From the IMG/VR virus record IMGVR_UViG_3300032018_000001, positions 1 to 64,000 of that record: a DNA stretch of 64,000 nt, one strand, 5' to 3'. Numbering within the stretch: the stretch's first letter is position 1; each line of letters begins with the position of its first letter. The translations under genes were made by a program, and so were the position numbers. The notes under the pieces are model-generated. The model saw only the letters and a program-made list of their open reading frames with translations, was not told the DNA's origin and did not search any database. Shown here piece after piece: positions 25,735 to 35,712 of this stretch. The DNA comes from a virus.

Positions 25735-28125
25735 ATGGCAAAGAATAAATCGGTTAAAGAAGAATTATATGAGTCACTGGAGAAAGACAAGACGGTGATT
25801 CTGGGCCTGGATGCAAAAATTCCCTACTTTGTAAATTCCGGACATTACGGATTGAACAGGGTACTATCCGGACGCTGGCTGGGCGGATGGTCTGCAGGCA
25901 CTGTCGGTGAAATGTTCGGAGACCCTTCTTGTCTGGTTGCTGGTACTCGTGTTGTTTTAGCGGACGGCAGTATTGTTTCCATAGATAGTCTTGGAAATAA
26001 ACACTTACAGCATATTGATGTTCTTATGCAGAAGGGTAACGGGGATAATGCTGTTGCTAAAGTTTTTCATAAGTATGAAAAGCAGAATGTCACAGAGATT
26101 ATTTTAAGTGATGGTTCTCGCGTTACAGGTACGCATAATCACCCTTTGCTGACTACCGCTGGTTGGATGACCATTGACGAGTTGCAATTAGGTGATACGC
26201 TTATGACTACAAGTTTTATTCCTTGTCATATCACCGATTACATAAAAACAGGCTTTGTGGTGGAACAATCGCATCTTGGGCCTCGGTATAACGGAAAAAT
26301 GCCGCAGGTCGTTGATGAAGAGCTTGCTTCAGTAATGGGATATGTTCTTGGTGACGGTTGGGTAAGAAAGAAAGGTGTAGGTTTTTTGGTTAATCCTGAT
26401 GAAATTGACATACTCGGTAAATTGTTAGTTTACATGGACAACCTTTTTGGTGTTGCCGCTCACACGCAAGTCAGGGTTGGCAAGGACCATTATTACGAAG
26501 GTAAGTTGTTTAAAAGTAAAAAGGCGCTTACGTCAGTAGAGTATTCAAGAAATGCTGTGACTAAAGCTTTGGGCTTTCTGTCAGAAAAAAGAATTCCTGA
26601 TTTAATTATGCGCTCTGGAAATTCAATTATGAGCAGTTTTCTCAGGTGGTTATTTGAAGCTGCCGGTTGTTGCTTTAGCAAGGGTCGTGGATCACGAGCT
26701 GTTGCTTTGAAAACCGCATACTTGGATTTAGCTTTGGATGTACAACTTGCTTTGCGCCGTTTTGGAATAAGAGCGAGAATAATCAAGTGGACAAACAGCG
26801 CAGGGCGCATATCTTATAATATTCGTATAGGCAGCAGGGATAATATTTTGTTATTTGATAAGTACATAGGTTTTGTATCAAACAAAAAAATAATAAAACT
26901 GCAGCAGCTCGTATCAGACGTAAACAAAATGCGAAAACCGCGAGATTCTAAACCAGAAACTGTTGTGGCAATTAACAGGCTTAGTAAGCAGCAGGATGTT
27001 TTTGACATAGAGATTCCAGAAGGCCACCAGTTTGTTGCTAATGGTATTATTAGTCATAATACTGGAAAAAGTCTTTTAACCAGTCGAGCGATGGTATCAC
27101 TGCAGCGCAAGGAAATTTATATCAACGAAGGCTGCGAGAAGGAAGTGGATTTGACGGACACCTTCATCATCCTAGATGATACGGAAAAAGCATACCAGGA
27201 AAAATTCTGTAAGATGCAAGGTATGGACATTAACGACCTTATCAAGCTTCACAAAACATTGACCGTTGAAACGCACTTTACGCAGATGGAAGACAAGGTG
27301 AATAAAATACGCGCTCTCACCAAGCAGGCTCCTCTCGGTGTTTTCTGCGATTCCATTTCTCAGCTTTCTACAGACAACGAAATGGAAAAGGGTATGGAGA
27401 CTACGGACATGGGTAACAAAGCCAAGAAGGTGCATCAAGCAATGCGCCTGTATTCCGATTACATTTATTCCAATATGGTCATGTATCTGGCCAATAGTCA
27501 TGTTACGGATAGTCCTAACCCTTACGGGCCTAAGCGCGTTATTAAGGGCGGAAAAGGCATGGCTTTTCAGTCCACAGTGAGGCTGGATTTGCGCTACCTT
27601 AGTAAATTCATTCGTAACATGATGGATACTTCTGAGGTGGGCGAGCGCGGGGAAACTTACGGCGTGAAGATTCTGGCTGAGACGGTAAAAAACCGCGTTG
27701 CTCCTCCTTTCATGTTCACAATCATTGACGTGTACTTTGACCGTGGCATTGACCCATACTCCGGGCTGTTTGACCACTTCACACGCACGGGCCAGATTAT
27801 GCTTAAGCCTGCGGATAAAAAGAAAAAGGAAAAAGAGAAGGAGAAGGAGCCCGAAGAAAAAGGAAAGAAGAAAAAGAAAAAGAAGATTGACCCGGATTCT
27901 ATTTACCTTTTTGACGGCAAGCATGAATTCAAGCACGCCGAATTGCCTCAGCTGATTATAGCTCAGGATTTGCTGGGCGTTAAGGCTGCTGGTTTTGAAT
28001 ACATGACTCCGATAGATGCCGGTGAGTTGGTAGAGGAAGACCTGGAGGAAGACGATAAGGACTTTCCCACGGCCGCGCCTCCGCCGCTTCCTCCTGTTCC
28101 GCGCCGTGAACCTATGGGAGAATGA
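25735..28125 (+). CDS. recA: RecA/UvsX-like recombinase with an intein in the P-loop
   Basis: GEMFGDPS|TGKS, DTE, CDSIS, GGKG..F.ST.RL, VKNRVAPPF, GID. Confidence 0.9.
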   Translation: MAKNKSVKEELYESLEKDKTVILGLDAKIPYFVNSGHYGLNRVLSGRWLGGWSAGTVGEMFGDPSCLVAGTRVVLADGSIVSIDSLGNKHLQHIDVLMQKGNGDNAVAKVFHKYEKQNVTEIILSDGSRVTGTHNHPLLTTAGWMTIDELQLGDTLMTTSFIPCHITDYIKTGFVVEQSHLGPRYNGKMPQVVDEELASVMGYVLGDGWVRKKGVGFLVNPDEIDILGKLLVYMDNLFGVAAHTQVRVGKDHYYEGKLFKSKKALTSVEYSRNAVTKALGFLSEKRIPDLIMRSGNSIMSSFLRWLFEAAGCCFSKGRGSRAVALKTAYLDLALDVQLALRRFGIRARIIKWTNSAGRISYNIRIGSRDNILLFDKYIGFVSNKKIIKLQQLVSDVNKMRKPRDSKPETVVAINRLSKQQDVFDIEIPEGHQFVANGIISHNTGKSLLTSRAMVSLQRKEIYINEGCEKEVDLTDTFIILDDTEKAYQEKFCKMQGMDINDLIKLHKTLTVETHFTQMEDKVNKIRALTKQAPLGVFCDSISQLSTDNEMEKGMETTDMGNKAKKVHQAMRLYSDYIYSNMVMYLANSHVTDSPNPYGPKRVIKGGKGMAFQSTVRLDLRYLSKFIRNMMDTSEVGERGETYGVKILAETVKNRVAPPFMFTIIDVYFDRGIDPYSGLFDHFTRTGQIMLKPADKKKKEKEKEKEPEEKGKKKKKKKIDPDSIYLFDGKHEFKHAELPQLIIAQDLLGVKAAGFEYMTPIDAGELVEEDLEEDDKDFPTAAPPPLPPVPRREPMGE
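25930..27060 (+). mobile_element. RecA intein (377 aa) with LAGLIDADG domain
   Basis: Starts CLVAGTRV; GTHNHPLL; GYVLGDG; ends FVANGIISHN followed by Thr. Confidence 0.93.
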
Positions 28126-28338
28126 ATGTTGCTGACCAACGAAGAGCGCCAAAAGTTTTCTACTTACCTTAAGCAGTCTGCGGAAGGCGATAAAGGCATT
28201 ATCGAGCAACTGGAAAATTTAAATAATAAGCTTGGCATGTCATCTTCACTCAAAGAAGCTATGACGGGTAAAATGAAGAGCGAGATGACTGTTAAGCTTA
28301 CGGTTGCTTCACTGCTCGATAAGGTAGAAGGTTTTTAA
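28126..28338 (+). CDS. Small hypothetical protein
   Basis: GGAG RBS; ORF. Confidence 0.6.
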   Translation: MLLTNEERQKFSTYLKQSAEGDKGIIEQLENLNNKLGMSSSLKEAMTGKMKSEMTVKLTVASLLDKVEGF

Positions 28339-28359
28339 GACTGGCCGTATTAATATGGT

Positions 28360-31300
28360 ATGAAAAGAAATTCTAAATCAGGGGCTGCTAAGGCCACAGT
28401 TTTCTCAGACCCGCACGCAAATAATTTCCAGCGTTTCGCCAAAATCAAAAATGGTTTTAACTCAAGGCTCTTAGATGTAATAAGAGCCTTGCGTTTTATT
28501 AACACCTACAACGAAGAGAATGCTATTGATACTACGCTTCTCTCCGGAGACTTATTCCATACGTTTTCTTTCGTAGAAAATGATGTGATGAATCTTGTCA
28601 ATGAGGTGCTAAGTAACTGGTACGGCCAGCTGTACTACATTGTCGGCCAGCATGACTTGAAAACCAAAGCGGACAAGTACGATGAGCGGCTGGCAAGTTC
28701 TTTGGTATTCAGGAACAACAAAACAATTCACCTATTGCAGGGCGGAATAAAGTATACGCTGCCTAACGGTACTACACTTTTCGGTATGGGCTGGCAAGAC
28801 CCTAAAAATTTCTACGAGCAGGAGTTTGAGTCTGCGGATATTTTCATGGGCCACCAGATGATTGATAATCCGGACATCCCAAAAGGAATGCGACTGCATA
28901 AGGACTGGATTGAAAAGAACGGTTACAAACTGCTAATCTTTGGTGATATTCATAAGCCTGATTTCAGAAAATATGATGGCTACAATGTTTTGATTCCCGG
29001 CGCTCCCCTTCAGCACAATTTTGGTGATGCCGGGCAGGACAGGGGATTCTGGACGGTTGACCTGGATACCTACGATGCTGATTTTATTCCCATCAATACC
29101 ACACCAAAATTTATCAAGGTGCAGAGTGCTGCGGAATTAAAGAGCGGCGATGACTTCAATTTCTACCGGGTAGAAAAGCCCGCGGATGTGGATACTACGG
29201 GAATGAATGTGGCCGTCCGCAAGGAAGTAAAGCAGGCCTTTAGAGAATCCGGGTTATCCGTGGCCATGTCAGACGAAGAGCTTCTGACAAAATATTTGGA
29301 ATTGAAAACTGATAAGAACGAGACCAAGCAGGATGTGTTTTTGCAAACAGGTTTGAAGTATTTGAAAGAGTGCGTGTCATCTGCGGTCACGCCCAAAGAC
29401 TATGTAATAAAAAAGGTGGAGATACACAACTTTGTTTCCATGCTCGGCAAGCACACGTTCACTTTTGTCAAAGACATTTTTCTCATTCTGGGCAGCAACG
29501 GTTTTGGAAAGACAACGCTCTTTGAGGCGCTGTATTGGTGCCTGTTCGGGGTTACTACAAAAGGTTTGGCTGCTGGGGAAGTGGTCAACGATACTGTCAA
29601 CGAAGACTGTAGCGTTATCGTAACGCTGGAAGGAAGCAAGGATACTATTACCGTTCACCGGTACAGGAAGGATAAGGATTTTGGTAATGCTTTCTTTTTC
29701 AATATTTATGCAGGGTCTACTGACGCGCAAGAGCAAGGTAGCGTTTATCAGATTAAGCGTGAGTCCACGGATGCAACGCAGGAAGAGCTTAACCGGATGC
29801 TGGGTACTAATGCCAGCTTCTTTAAGAACGTCAACTATTTCTCACAGGAAGCTTTTGAATTTTTCTCCACGCTCACGGACGCCGGGCAGAAAGCAATCTG
29901 CAAAAATCTTATGCAGATTGACCGCTTTGAAAAGGCGGAAGACAAGGTTAAGTTTGAAGCGGCAATCCTGGACAACAGCTATAGCAAGCAGGAGCAGCAG
30001 CTTTCCAGTGATAAGGCTGTCCTGATTGAGAAGGAGCAGACCTTGAAGAGTCTCAGGTCTCAGGAGATTATCTGGGAAAGCCAGCACAAAGAGGATTTGG
30101 TTAAACGAGCGGAACAGCTGAAGGGCCTACAGGCCCGCTCTGAAAAAATAAATCGTAACATCGAAGTCCTCAGCGCGGAAAAAGAGGACTTGGAAAAACA
30201 GAAGGCAGGAATAGAGCTTGCTATTCCTGTGTACGTTGACGCATACGCGGCCGTGGTCGTTGAATTGACGCAGGCCATTGCTACGGCTGATGGTAATCGC
30301 TCTTCAGGGCGGAAGGAATACTTCGATGAGCTGAAGCGCCTGAACACCAATAAGGAAAAGCTTAACAAAGACCTTTACAGCATAGAGGCTGACCTGTCGC
30401 AGGTCAGTAACCGGCTGGATGAGCTCAAAGAGCAGGTGACGGCCTCTGACAGCGCTCTGTGCTCTTTATGCGGTCAGAAGCTTCCGCCTTTTAAAATATC
30501 TGAGATACGGGAAAGGCTTCAGCAGGAATACTCCCAGAAGACCGCGCTGCTTCCAGGAATGAATAAAACCAAGGAAATCCTGCAGTCGAATATCCAAAAC
30601 ACCGTAGAGCTTATTGCACAGCTGGAAACCAAAAACAATTTTGATAAGCAAGACCAAGCTGTGCGCCTGCTGCAGGCCAGGAAAGACACCGTTACCGTCC
30701 AACAGACCGCGGCTAAGCAGTTGCATGATAATGCAGTCAATCAAGCCAAGCTTGTCTATCAAGAAAAAACACACGAGATGGATACCCAGCTTGTAAATCT
30801 GTCATCGGAGCTGGCTGTGTTGCTCAGGGATAAAGCAACCTGCGAGCACGACTACGGCGCATATCTTCTTGAATTAAAGGCTCAGACAGAGGTTGCCAAT
30901 CCTTTTTCTGTTGAAATAAAAAATCATGAAGCACTGCAAACGCAGATGCGCCTTGGCATAGTAGCCAGAGAAGAAGAACTGCAGCGCCTTTATGCGGAGC
31001 AGGAGATTCATCAATTCTGGCGCGTAGCATTTTCTAACCAAGGCATAATTTCTTACCTGCTAGATAATTTTTCATTGCGTTTTACTATTATAATTAACGA
31101 TATTTTGTTGGATTTAACAGACGGGCATTACTCTTCATTATTATCAACCCAGAAAAAACTGAAAAACAAAGATGAGTACCGAGAACAGTTTGAATTTAAA
31201 ATTTTTATCGATGGCAAGGAGCGGACGTATAAAGCACTGAGTGGAGGACAAAAAGCTAGAATTAATCTTGCTACGGTTGCCACTTTGCACAAGATAATAC

Positions 31301-31530
31301 AAGAACAGTATAACTTAATTGCGATTCCATTTTCTCTTGTGGCGCTAGATGAGCTAATTTCTGAGCTGGATGCCGGTGGAATAGAGGCAATGAGTTCTTT
31401 GATTAGCGGTATGGCCAAAGATTGTGCAGTTTACGTGATAACACACCTGGATAATTTTAAAAACTTGTTTTCTAATCATGTTACTGTGGACTACACAAAA
31501 GAAAAAGGTACAATAATAGCGTATGTTTAA
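28360..31530 (+). CDS. Mre11-Rad50 (SbcD-SbcC) fusion nuclease/ATPase
   Basis: SDPH, SGDLFH, GQHD, GDIH; GSNGFGKTT; zinc hook CSLCGQ; LSGGQ; VALDE; ITH. Confidence 0.9.
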   Translation: MKRNSKSGAAKATVFSDPHANNFQRFAKIKNGFNSRLLDVIRALRFINTYNEENAIDTTLLSGDLFHTFSFVENDVMNLVNEVLSNWYGQLYYIVGQHDLKTKADKYDERLASSLVFRNNKTIHLLQGGIKYTLPNGTTLFGMGWQDPKNFYEQEFESADIFMGHQMIDNPDIPKGMRLHKDWIEKNGYKLLIFGDIHKPDFRKYDGYNVLIPGAPLQHNFGDAGQDRGFWTVDLDTYDADFIPINTTPKFIKVQSAAELKSGDDFNFYRVEKPADVDTTGMNVAVRKEVKQAFRESGLSVAMSDEELLTKYLELKTDKNETKQDVFLQTGLKYLKECVSSAVTPKDYVIKKVEIHNFVSMLGKHTFTFVKDIFLILGSNGFGKTTLFEALYWCLFGVTTKGLAAGEVVNDTVNEDCSVIVTLEGSKDTITVHRYRKDKDFGNAFFFNIYAGSTDAQEQGSVYQIKRESTDATQEELNRMLGTNASFFKNVNYFSQEAFEFFSTLTDAGQKAICKNLMQIDRFEKAEDKVKFEAAILDNSYSKQEQQLSSDKAVLIEKEQTLKSLRSQEIIWESQHKEDLVKRAEQLKGLQARSEKINRNIEVLSAEKEDLEKQKAGIELAIPVYVDAYAAVVVELTQAIATADGNRSSGRKEYFDELKRLNTNKEKLNKDLYSIEADLSQVSNRLDELKEQVTASDSALCSLCGQKLPPFKISEIRERLQQEYSQKTALLPGMNKTKEILQSNIQNTVELIAQLETKNNFDKQDQAVRLLQARKDTVTVQQTAAKQLHDNAVNQAKLVYQEKTHEMDTQLVNLSSELAVLLRDKATCEHDYGAYLLELKAQTEVANPFSVEIKNHEALQTQMRLGIVAREEELQRLYAEQEIHQFWRVAFSNQGIISYLLDNFSLRFTIIINDILLDLTDGHYSSLLSTQKKLKNKDEYREQFEFKIFIDGKERTYKALSGGQKARINLATVATLHKIIQEQYNLIAIPFSLVALDELISELDAGGIEAMSSLISGMAKDCAVYVITHLDNFKNLFSNHVTVDYTKEKGTIIAYV

Positions 31531-32179
31531 TTGCAGACGGTGCGGGTATTCTTGGTTGCCTAGAAAGACTAATCCTAAATACTGTCCGTTATGCAGTAGT
31601 ATCTGTTGGCGCACACATAAGAAAAAACCACTAGGGCACCTGTTGGTACTTAGACGGTGGCGAAAACGAAATAGGAAGCGTTACCTTGAGCTTCAAAGAA
31701 AAAGCTCGGCTATTTTTAGAAAAAAGCATCCGGATAGGGTTAAGAAAGCACTTGCTGATTATAAAAGTAAAAATTATGATAAAATCATCAGGCATAGCAG
31801 GGAGTACTGGAAAATTTATTATAAAAATAATAGACAAAAAGTGCTTATTAAGAATAAGCAATACCGCGTTAAAAATAAAATTCTTTATAAGATAAGAAAC
31901 AATATATACACTGCTATAAAAAGAGAGCTAGGTTTTAAACAAAGCAGCACTGTAGTACTGCTAGGTTGTTCTGTGCAGGTTTTTAAAGACTACATTGCGC
32001 GGCAGTTTAAGCGTGGTATGTCTTGGCATAATCACGGAAAGTGGCATTTAGACCACATTAAGCCCTGTGTTTCTTTTGACTTGACTAAGCTATCAGAGCA
32101 AAGAAAGTGTTTTCACTACTCTAATTACCAACCTTTGTGGGCCAAAGATAATCTTATTAAAAATAAAAGGTCAGCATGA
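31523..32179 (+). CDS. HNH endonuclease with N-terminal zinc ribbon
   Basis: CRRCGYSW..CPLC; GMSWHNHGKWHLDHIKP..CFHYSNYQPLWAKDNL. Confidence 0.88.
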   Translation: MFNCRRCGYSWLPRKTNPKYCPLCSSICWRTHKKKPLGHLLVLRRWRKRNRKRYLELQRKSSAIFRKKHPDRVKKALADYKSKNYDKIIRHSREYWKIYYKNNRQKVLIKNKQYRVKNKILYKIRNNIYTAIKRELGFKQSSTVVLLGCSVQVFKDYIARQFKRGMSWHNHGKWHLDHIKPCVSFDLTKLSEQRKCFHYSNYQPLWAKDNLIKNKRSA

Positions 32180-32760
32180 GCTTAAAAGTGTTATATTTTG
32201 ATATTGAAACTACCGGGCTGGAAGCCAAGGAGCATGACATCATTCACCTTGCCATGATTGCTGAGGTGAACGGTAAGGTAGTAGGCGAGCACGAGTTCCG
32301 CATGCGCCCTACACGCTTCGACAATATCAACCCTGAGGCCCTGGCAGCGAATGGATTCACAGTAGAGGAGCTTAAGGTGCTCCCACCGCAGGAAGAAGTT
32401 TTCCCGGAGATAATAGCCACGCTGGACAGGTACATTGACAAATACAACAAAGCGGATAAATTCACACCGGCCGGTTACAACATTCGGTTTGACGAAGCTT
32501 TCCTCAGTGAGCTGTTCAAGAGAAACAAAAACGATTACATAGGCAGCTACCTGAATTGGCACGACTTGGATTTGCTTTACGTTATGTTCCTATACGAATT
32601 TTTAGGTCATCACAAGCTTCCGAATTACAAACTGGAAACGGTAGCGGCGTACTACGGCGTTAAGCACGCTCCGCATGATGCTTTAAGCGATGTTAGGGCC
32701 GTGCGCGAGCTGGTACACAAATTTCTGTTTCAGTCTGTAAATTGGACGCTGCATAAATGA
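32176..32760 (+). CDS. DEDDh 3'-5' exonuclease (DnaQ-like)
   Basis: FDIETTGL, GYNIRFD, HDALSD. Confidence 0.9.
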   Translation: MSLKVLYFDIETTGLEAKEHDIIHLAMIAEVNGKVVGEHEFRMRPTRFDNINPEALAANGFTVEELKVLPPQEEVFPEIIATLDRYIDKYNKADKFTPAGYNIRFDEAFLSELFKRNKNDYIGSYLNWHDLDLLYVMFLYEFLGHHKLPNYKLETVAAYYGVKHAPHDALSDVRAVRELVHKFLFQSVNWTLHK

Positions 32761-33191
32761 TAAGAATATCCTACACTATTTTTAGTTTTGATGCACTATT
32801 TGAAGGCCCGAAAAGAACACCTTCAGAGTGGGTTATTTCTTTGATGAGAAAGCTTCAGTTTCATCAACACATAGTAGTAGCATCTTGGCACAAAGAACGC
32901 TGTAGGGCGGATATGATTGGAGTGTTGAGAGATTTGGCAGGAAGGCCGAGTAAGGTTCCGCTTTTGATTTTGGAGCCGGAAGAAGACAATACAGACCCTC
33001 GTTTTTGGTTGTTGAATTCTATTCGCAGGTGTATACTTCATTTTAAACAGAATCCTGAACTTGTCATAGTGGAAAATAGTTTTATGGATAGCAGGCTGGG
33101 AGCTGGGTCTATTGTAAGTGAAATAGGAATGCTACTTTACAAAGAAGAGCTTCAGCAGTTCAACATATTGCAGGTTTTTAACAAGTTGTAG
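32757..33191 (+). CDS. Hypothetical protein
   Basis: ATGA-coupled ORF. Confidence 0.6.
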   Translation: MIRISYTIFSFDALFEGPKRTPSEWVISLMRKLQFHQHIVVASWHKERCRADMIGVLRDLAGRPSKVPLLILEPEEDNTDPRFWLLNSIRRCILHFKQNPELVIVENSFMDSRLGAGSIVSEIGMLLYKEELQQFNILQVFNKL

Positions 33192-33263
33192 CTTTTTTAG
33201 AAAAAGTAAGCTATTTTTAATTATTGATTGAGTACCGATTCACTTTAATCGGAAATTTACAGT

Positions 33264-33851
33264 ATGCGTCCAGGTGGAGGCAAACGAAAAGGTTCTGCTT
33301 TTGAGAGGGATGTTTGTCGTATAATTTCTCAGTTTTGGTCTAACAATTCTTACAGTGACCTATGCTGGCGTTCCGCAAGCTCCGGTGTCAGAGGTACTTC
33401 TACAAACTCACACTCACGCAGTAAAGTTAAAGGGTACTACGGAGACCTCACGGCCACGAGCCCCCTCATCGAACCGCTCTTTCAGGTTTTCAGTATTGAA
33501 TGTAAATTTTACGCTAAAATAGACCTCACAGAAATTCTCCGCGGAATAAAAAATAATAAGCTGCTGGAGTTTTGGACACAGGCCTACCGGGATGCAAGGC
33601 ATTCCGGGCGCACACCGGTACTTATTACCAAGCAGAATTTTCTCGGAACACTGATGATTATCAGGCTGGCAGATGCCAATAAGCTTTTGCATACTATGGA
33701 TAAGCCGGTTAAGTACATGACCATAGGACAGGAGCTGGCCATTTTTAACCTGGACGATTTTTTGAAAAATGTAAACAGGGAACGATTCATAAGAACAGTA
33801 AAAATACTGGCAGAGGAGAGCATAAATGCTGAAACTGAAAGCGCTGCTTGA
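33264..33851 (+). CDS. Holliday junction resolvase (Hjc-like PD-(D/E)XK)
   Basis: GKRKGSAFER, RS..SG, GDL, IECK, FWTQA. Confidence 0.85.
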   Translation: MRPGGGKRKGSAFERDVCRIISQFWSNNSYSDLCWRSASSGVRGTSTNSHSRSKVKGYYGDLTATSPLIEPLFQVFSIECKFYAKIDLTEILRGIKNNKLLEFWTQAYRDARHSGRTPVLITKQNFLGTLMIIRLADANKLLHTMDKPVKYMTIGQELAIFNLDDFLKNVNRERFIRTVKILAEESINAETESAA

Positions 33852-34086
33852 AGTTACGGAAGCACAATTGGGCGAGCTGGGGCCGATGAAGCGCCGGGAC
33901 ATCATCGACTACCTGAAGGATAAAGGCTTCGCTGGCCCTTTTGCCGGGGCAAAACATGCTTATATGGCCTGGAAGAACGGGAAAAAGATTACAGTGCCTA
34001 ATCCTCATGGTGGAGAAGAGTACAGCCGCGGGCTCGTTAATCAGATTTTCAAGCAGGCGGATTTTGCAATGGCCGGGGTGGCCTGA
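33826..34086 (+). CDS. hicA: HicA-family mRNA interferase-like protein; no adjacent HicB
   Basis: LGPMKRRDIIDYLKDKGF.GPFAGAKH..M..ITVPNPH..RGLVNQIFKQA; GAGGAG RBS. Confidence 0.8.
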   Translation: MLKLKALLEVTEAQLGELGPMKRRDIIDYLKDKGFAGPFAGAKHAYMAWKNGKKITVPNPHGGEEYSRGLVNQIFKQADFAMAGVA

Positions 34087-34745
34087 TGAAAAACCAATGT
34101 AATGATGACGGATTCTCCTACTTAGAAACCCCCGCAATGTACCTATTCGCCCGGCCGCGGACAAGAAACAACGTGCGCGACATCATCAAAATGATTCATC
34201 CCATTCTGGATTATTACATCAAGTACTACCTTTACAAATACAGAATATACGACAACCACCCTGAGCATCTGGACTACTACGGAGATACTTACGTGTTTTG
34301 CTGCGAGCTGCTATACAACGTGCAGCATACCGGTAACAATTTCAACCGGATAAAGCGGTATATCAATAAGTCAATCAGCGGATGGCTTTACAATAAGGTC
34401 TACAAGAAAAAGAAAAAGTGCATAGAGCTAACCAAGGATGAGCTCGCCGTGGCCCTCCAGGTGGATTACCGGGATGATTTTGCTGAGGTGGAGTATCACC
34501 ATGACCTGCGGCAGCTGAAGCAGACCTTGGCAACGGAGCTGGACTTCTATTTTGAGCTGTTCAGCACCGTGTACGGCAATATTGTATTCAAGCACAAGGA
34601 AGAGTTCAAGAAAAAATACTACGATGCGGCATTCCTCAAGTACCTGAAAACGGGGCAGTTACTACAGGCAATCGACTTCTTTGAAAATAAATACGGGAAC
34701 ATTTTTAATGAAACAAAACGAGAAACAGCAGCATGTGGTGTCTGA
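34086..34745 (+). CDS. Hypothetical protein, possibly sigma-factor-like
   Basis: Weak region-2-like pattern (ILDYYIK..D..F..YINKSISGWL). Confidence 0.4.
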   Translation: MKNQCNDDGFSYLETPAMYLFARPRTRNNVRDIIKMIHPILDYYIKYYLYKYRIYDNHPEHLDYYGDTYVFCCELLYNVQHTGNNFNRIKRYINKSISGWLYNKVYKKKKKCIELTKDELAVALQVDYRDDFAEVEYHHDLRQLKQTLATELDFYFELFSTVYGNIVFKHKEEFKKKYYDAAFLKYLKTGQLLQAIDFFENKYGNIFNETKRETAACGV

Positions 34746-35151
34746 GCTTGACTTGCTGGTTTACATTTTGGCCATAGAAAAGAAGTACTATGACCTGTTT
34801 GAAATGTACGGCATGTTTTACGATTTCAAGAAGTGCAGCCATTGTGGCCACGACAACCAAATTCAGTTCAAGCTTACCAACGAAATCATTCGCACTTTCG
34901 GTGAGCACGGAATGATAAAAATTCCGCAGGACAAGGAGCTGAAGCAGGTGTCCCGCGACATCACAATCTGGAAGGGCCTGATGCGCTGTGAGGATACGTC
35001 CCTGTCTGTAAGGGTGGAAGAGTATGCTGCGCGGTACAAAGTGAGCCAAGACACCATTTATAAAATCAGGCATAGGGTACAAGCAATGGTAGATAAGTTT
35101 GTCGCAATGAAAAAGATATTCAGACGGAGGAAGCGTGAGCCGAATTCCTAA
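34708..35151 (+). CDS. Zn-ribbon + HTH (Mor-like) DNA-binding protein
   Basis: CSHCGH; IKIP..RD..IW; AARYKVSQDTIYKI. Confidence 0.55.
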   Translation: MKQNEKQQHVVSELDLLVYILAIEKKYYDLFEMYGMFYDFKKCSHCGHDNQIQFKLTNEIIRTFGEHGMIKIPQDKELKQVSRDITIWKGLMRCEDTSLSVRVEEYAARYKVSQDTIYKIRHRVQAMVDKFVAMKKIFRRRKREPNS

Positions 35152-35638
35152 CAACTACGATGTCTCAGTAGACCCGGAGCCTACGTCATTGTCCGTTGTG
35201 GATGACCACGAATTTTCTGAATTTGTCGCGGGTCAGACAGAGCAGCTTTCGCCGTCCATGAAGAAGAAGGTCAAGCTGGCCATGAAGGATTCCTCTGCCA
35301 AGCTGAACATCTTTTTCATGGCTATAGCCCAGAAGAACGCTCACCGGCTGGCGCGAGTCATGGGAGCCTTGGATAATGTGGATAAGGAGCTGCTGCAGAA
35401 TTGGCGAATAAAGACCATGAATACAGAAGAGCTCCTTGACTTGTTCTCAGAGCTGAACGTGGAAAAGCACCGGACTACTAAGGGCCTGCTGGAAATGGCA
35501 AATAAATTTGAAGGTAATCTTCCCAGCATGAATCAGTTTCTCGATGATGACCAAGAAATAGAAATCAGAGAAATGCCCAAAGCCTCCAAGAAAAGGGTCG
35601 TTGACTTCTTCAAGCAAAAGATAGCTGTAGCCACGTAA
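35135..35638 (+). CDS. Helical hypothetical protein
   Basis: GGAGG RBS; ORF. Confidence 0.65.
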   Translation: MSRIPNNYDVSVDPEPTSLSVVDDHEFSEFVAGQTEQLSPSMKKKVKLAMKDSSAKLNIFFMAIAQKNAHRLARVMGALDNVDKELLQNWRIKTMNTEELLDLFSELNVEKHRTTKGLLEMANKFEGNLPSMNQFLDDDQEIEIREMPKASKKRVVDFFKQKIAVAT

Positions 35639-35712
35639 CACCTTACTTTTCCTTTTTTGCCGTATTAATATAGTACAGGATACTTTGTTACAACTTATAG
35701 GGGGTACTATTT

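Noticed and set aside
27172-28209. 345-aa minus-strand ORF opposite recA
   Set aside because: Antisense shadow of a conserved gene; no motifs recognised; the window is otherwise + strand only
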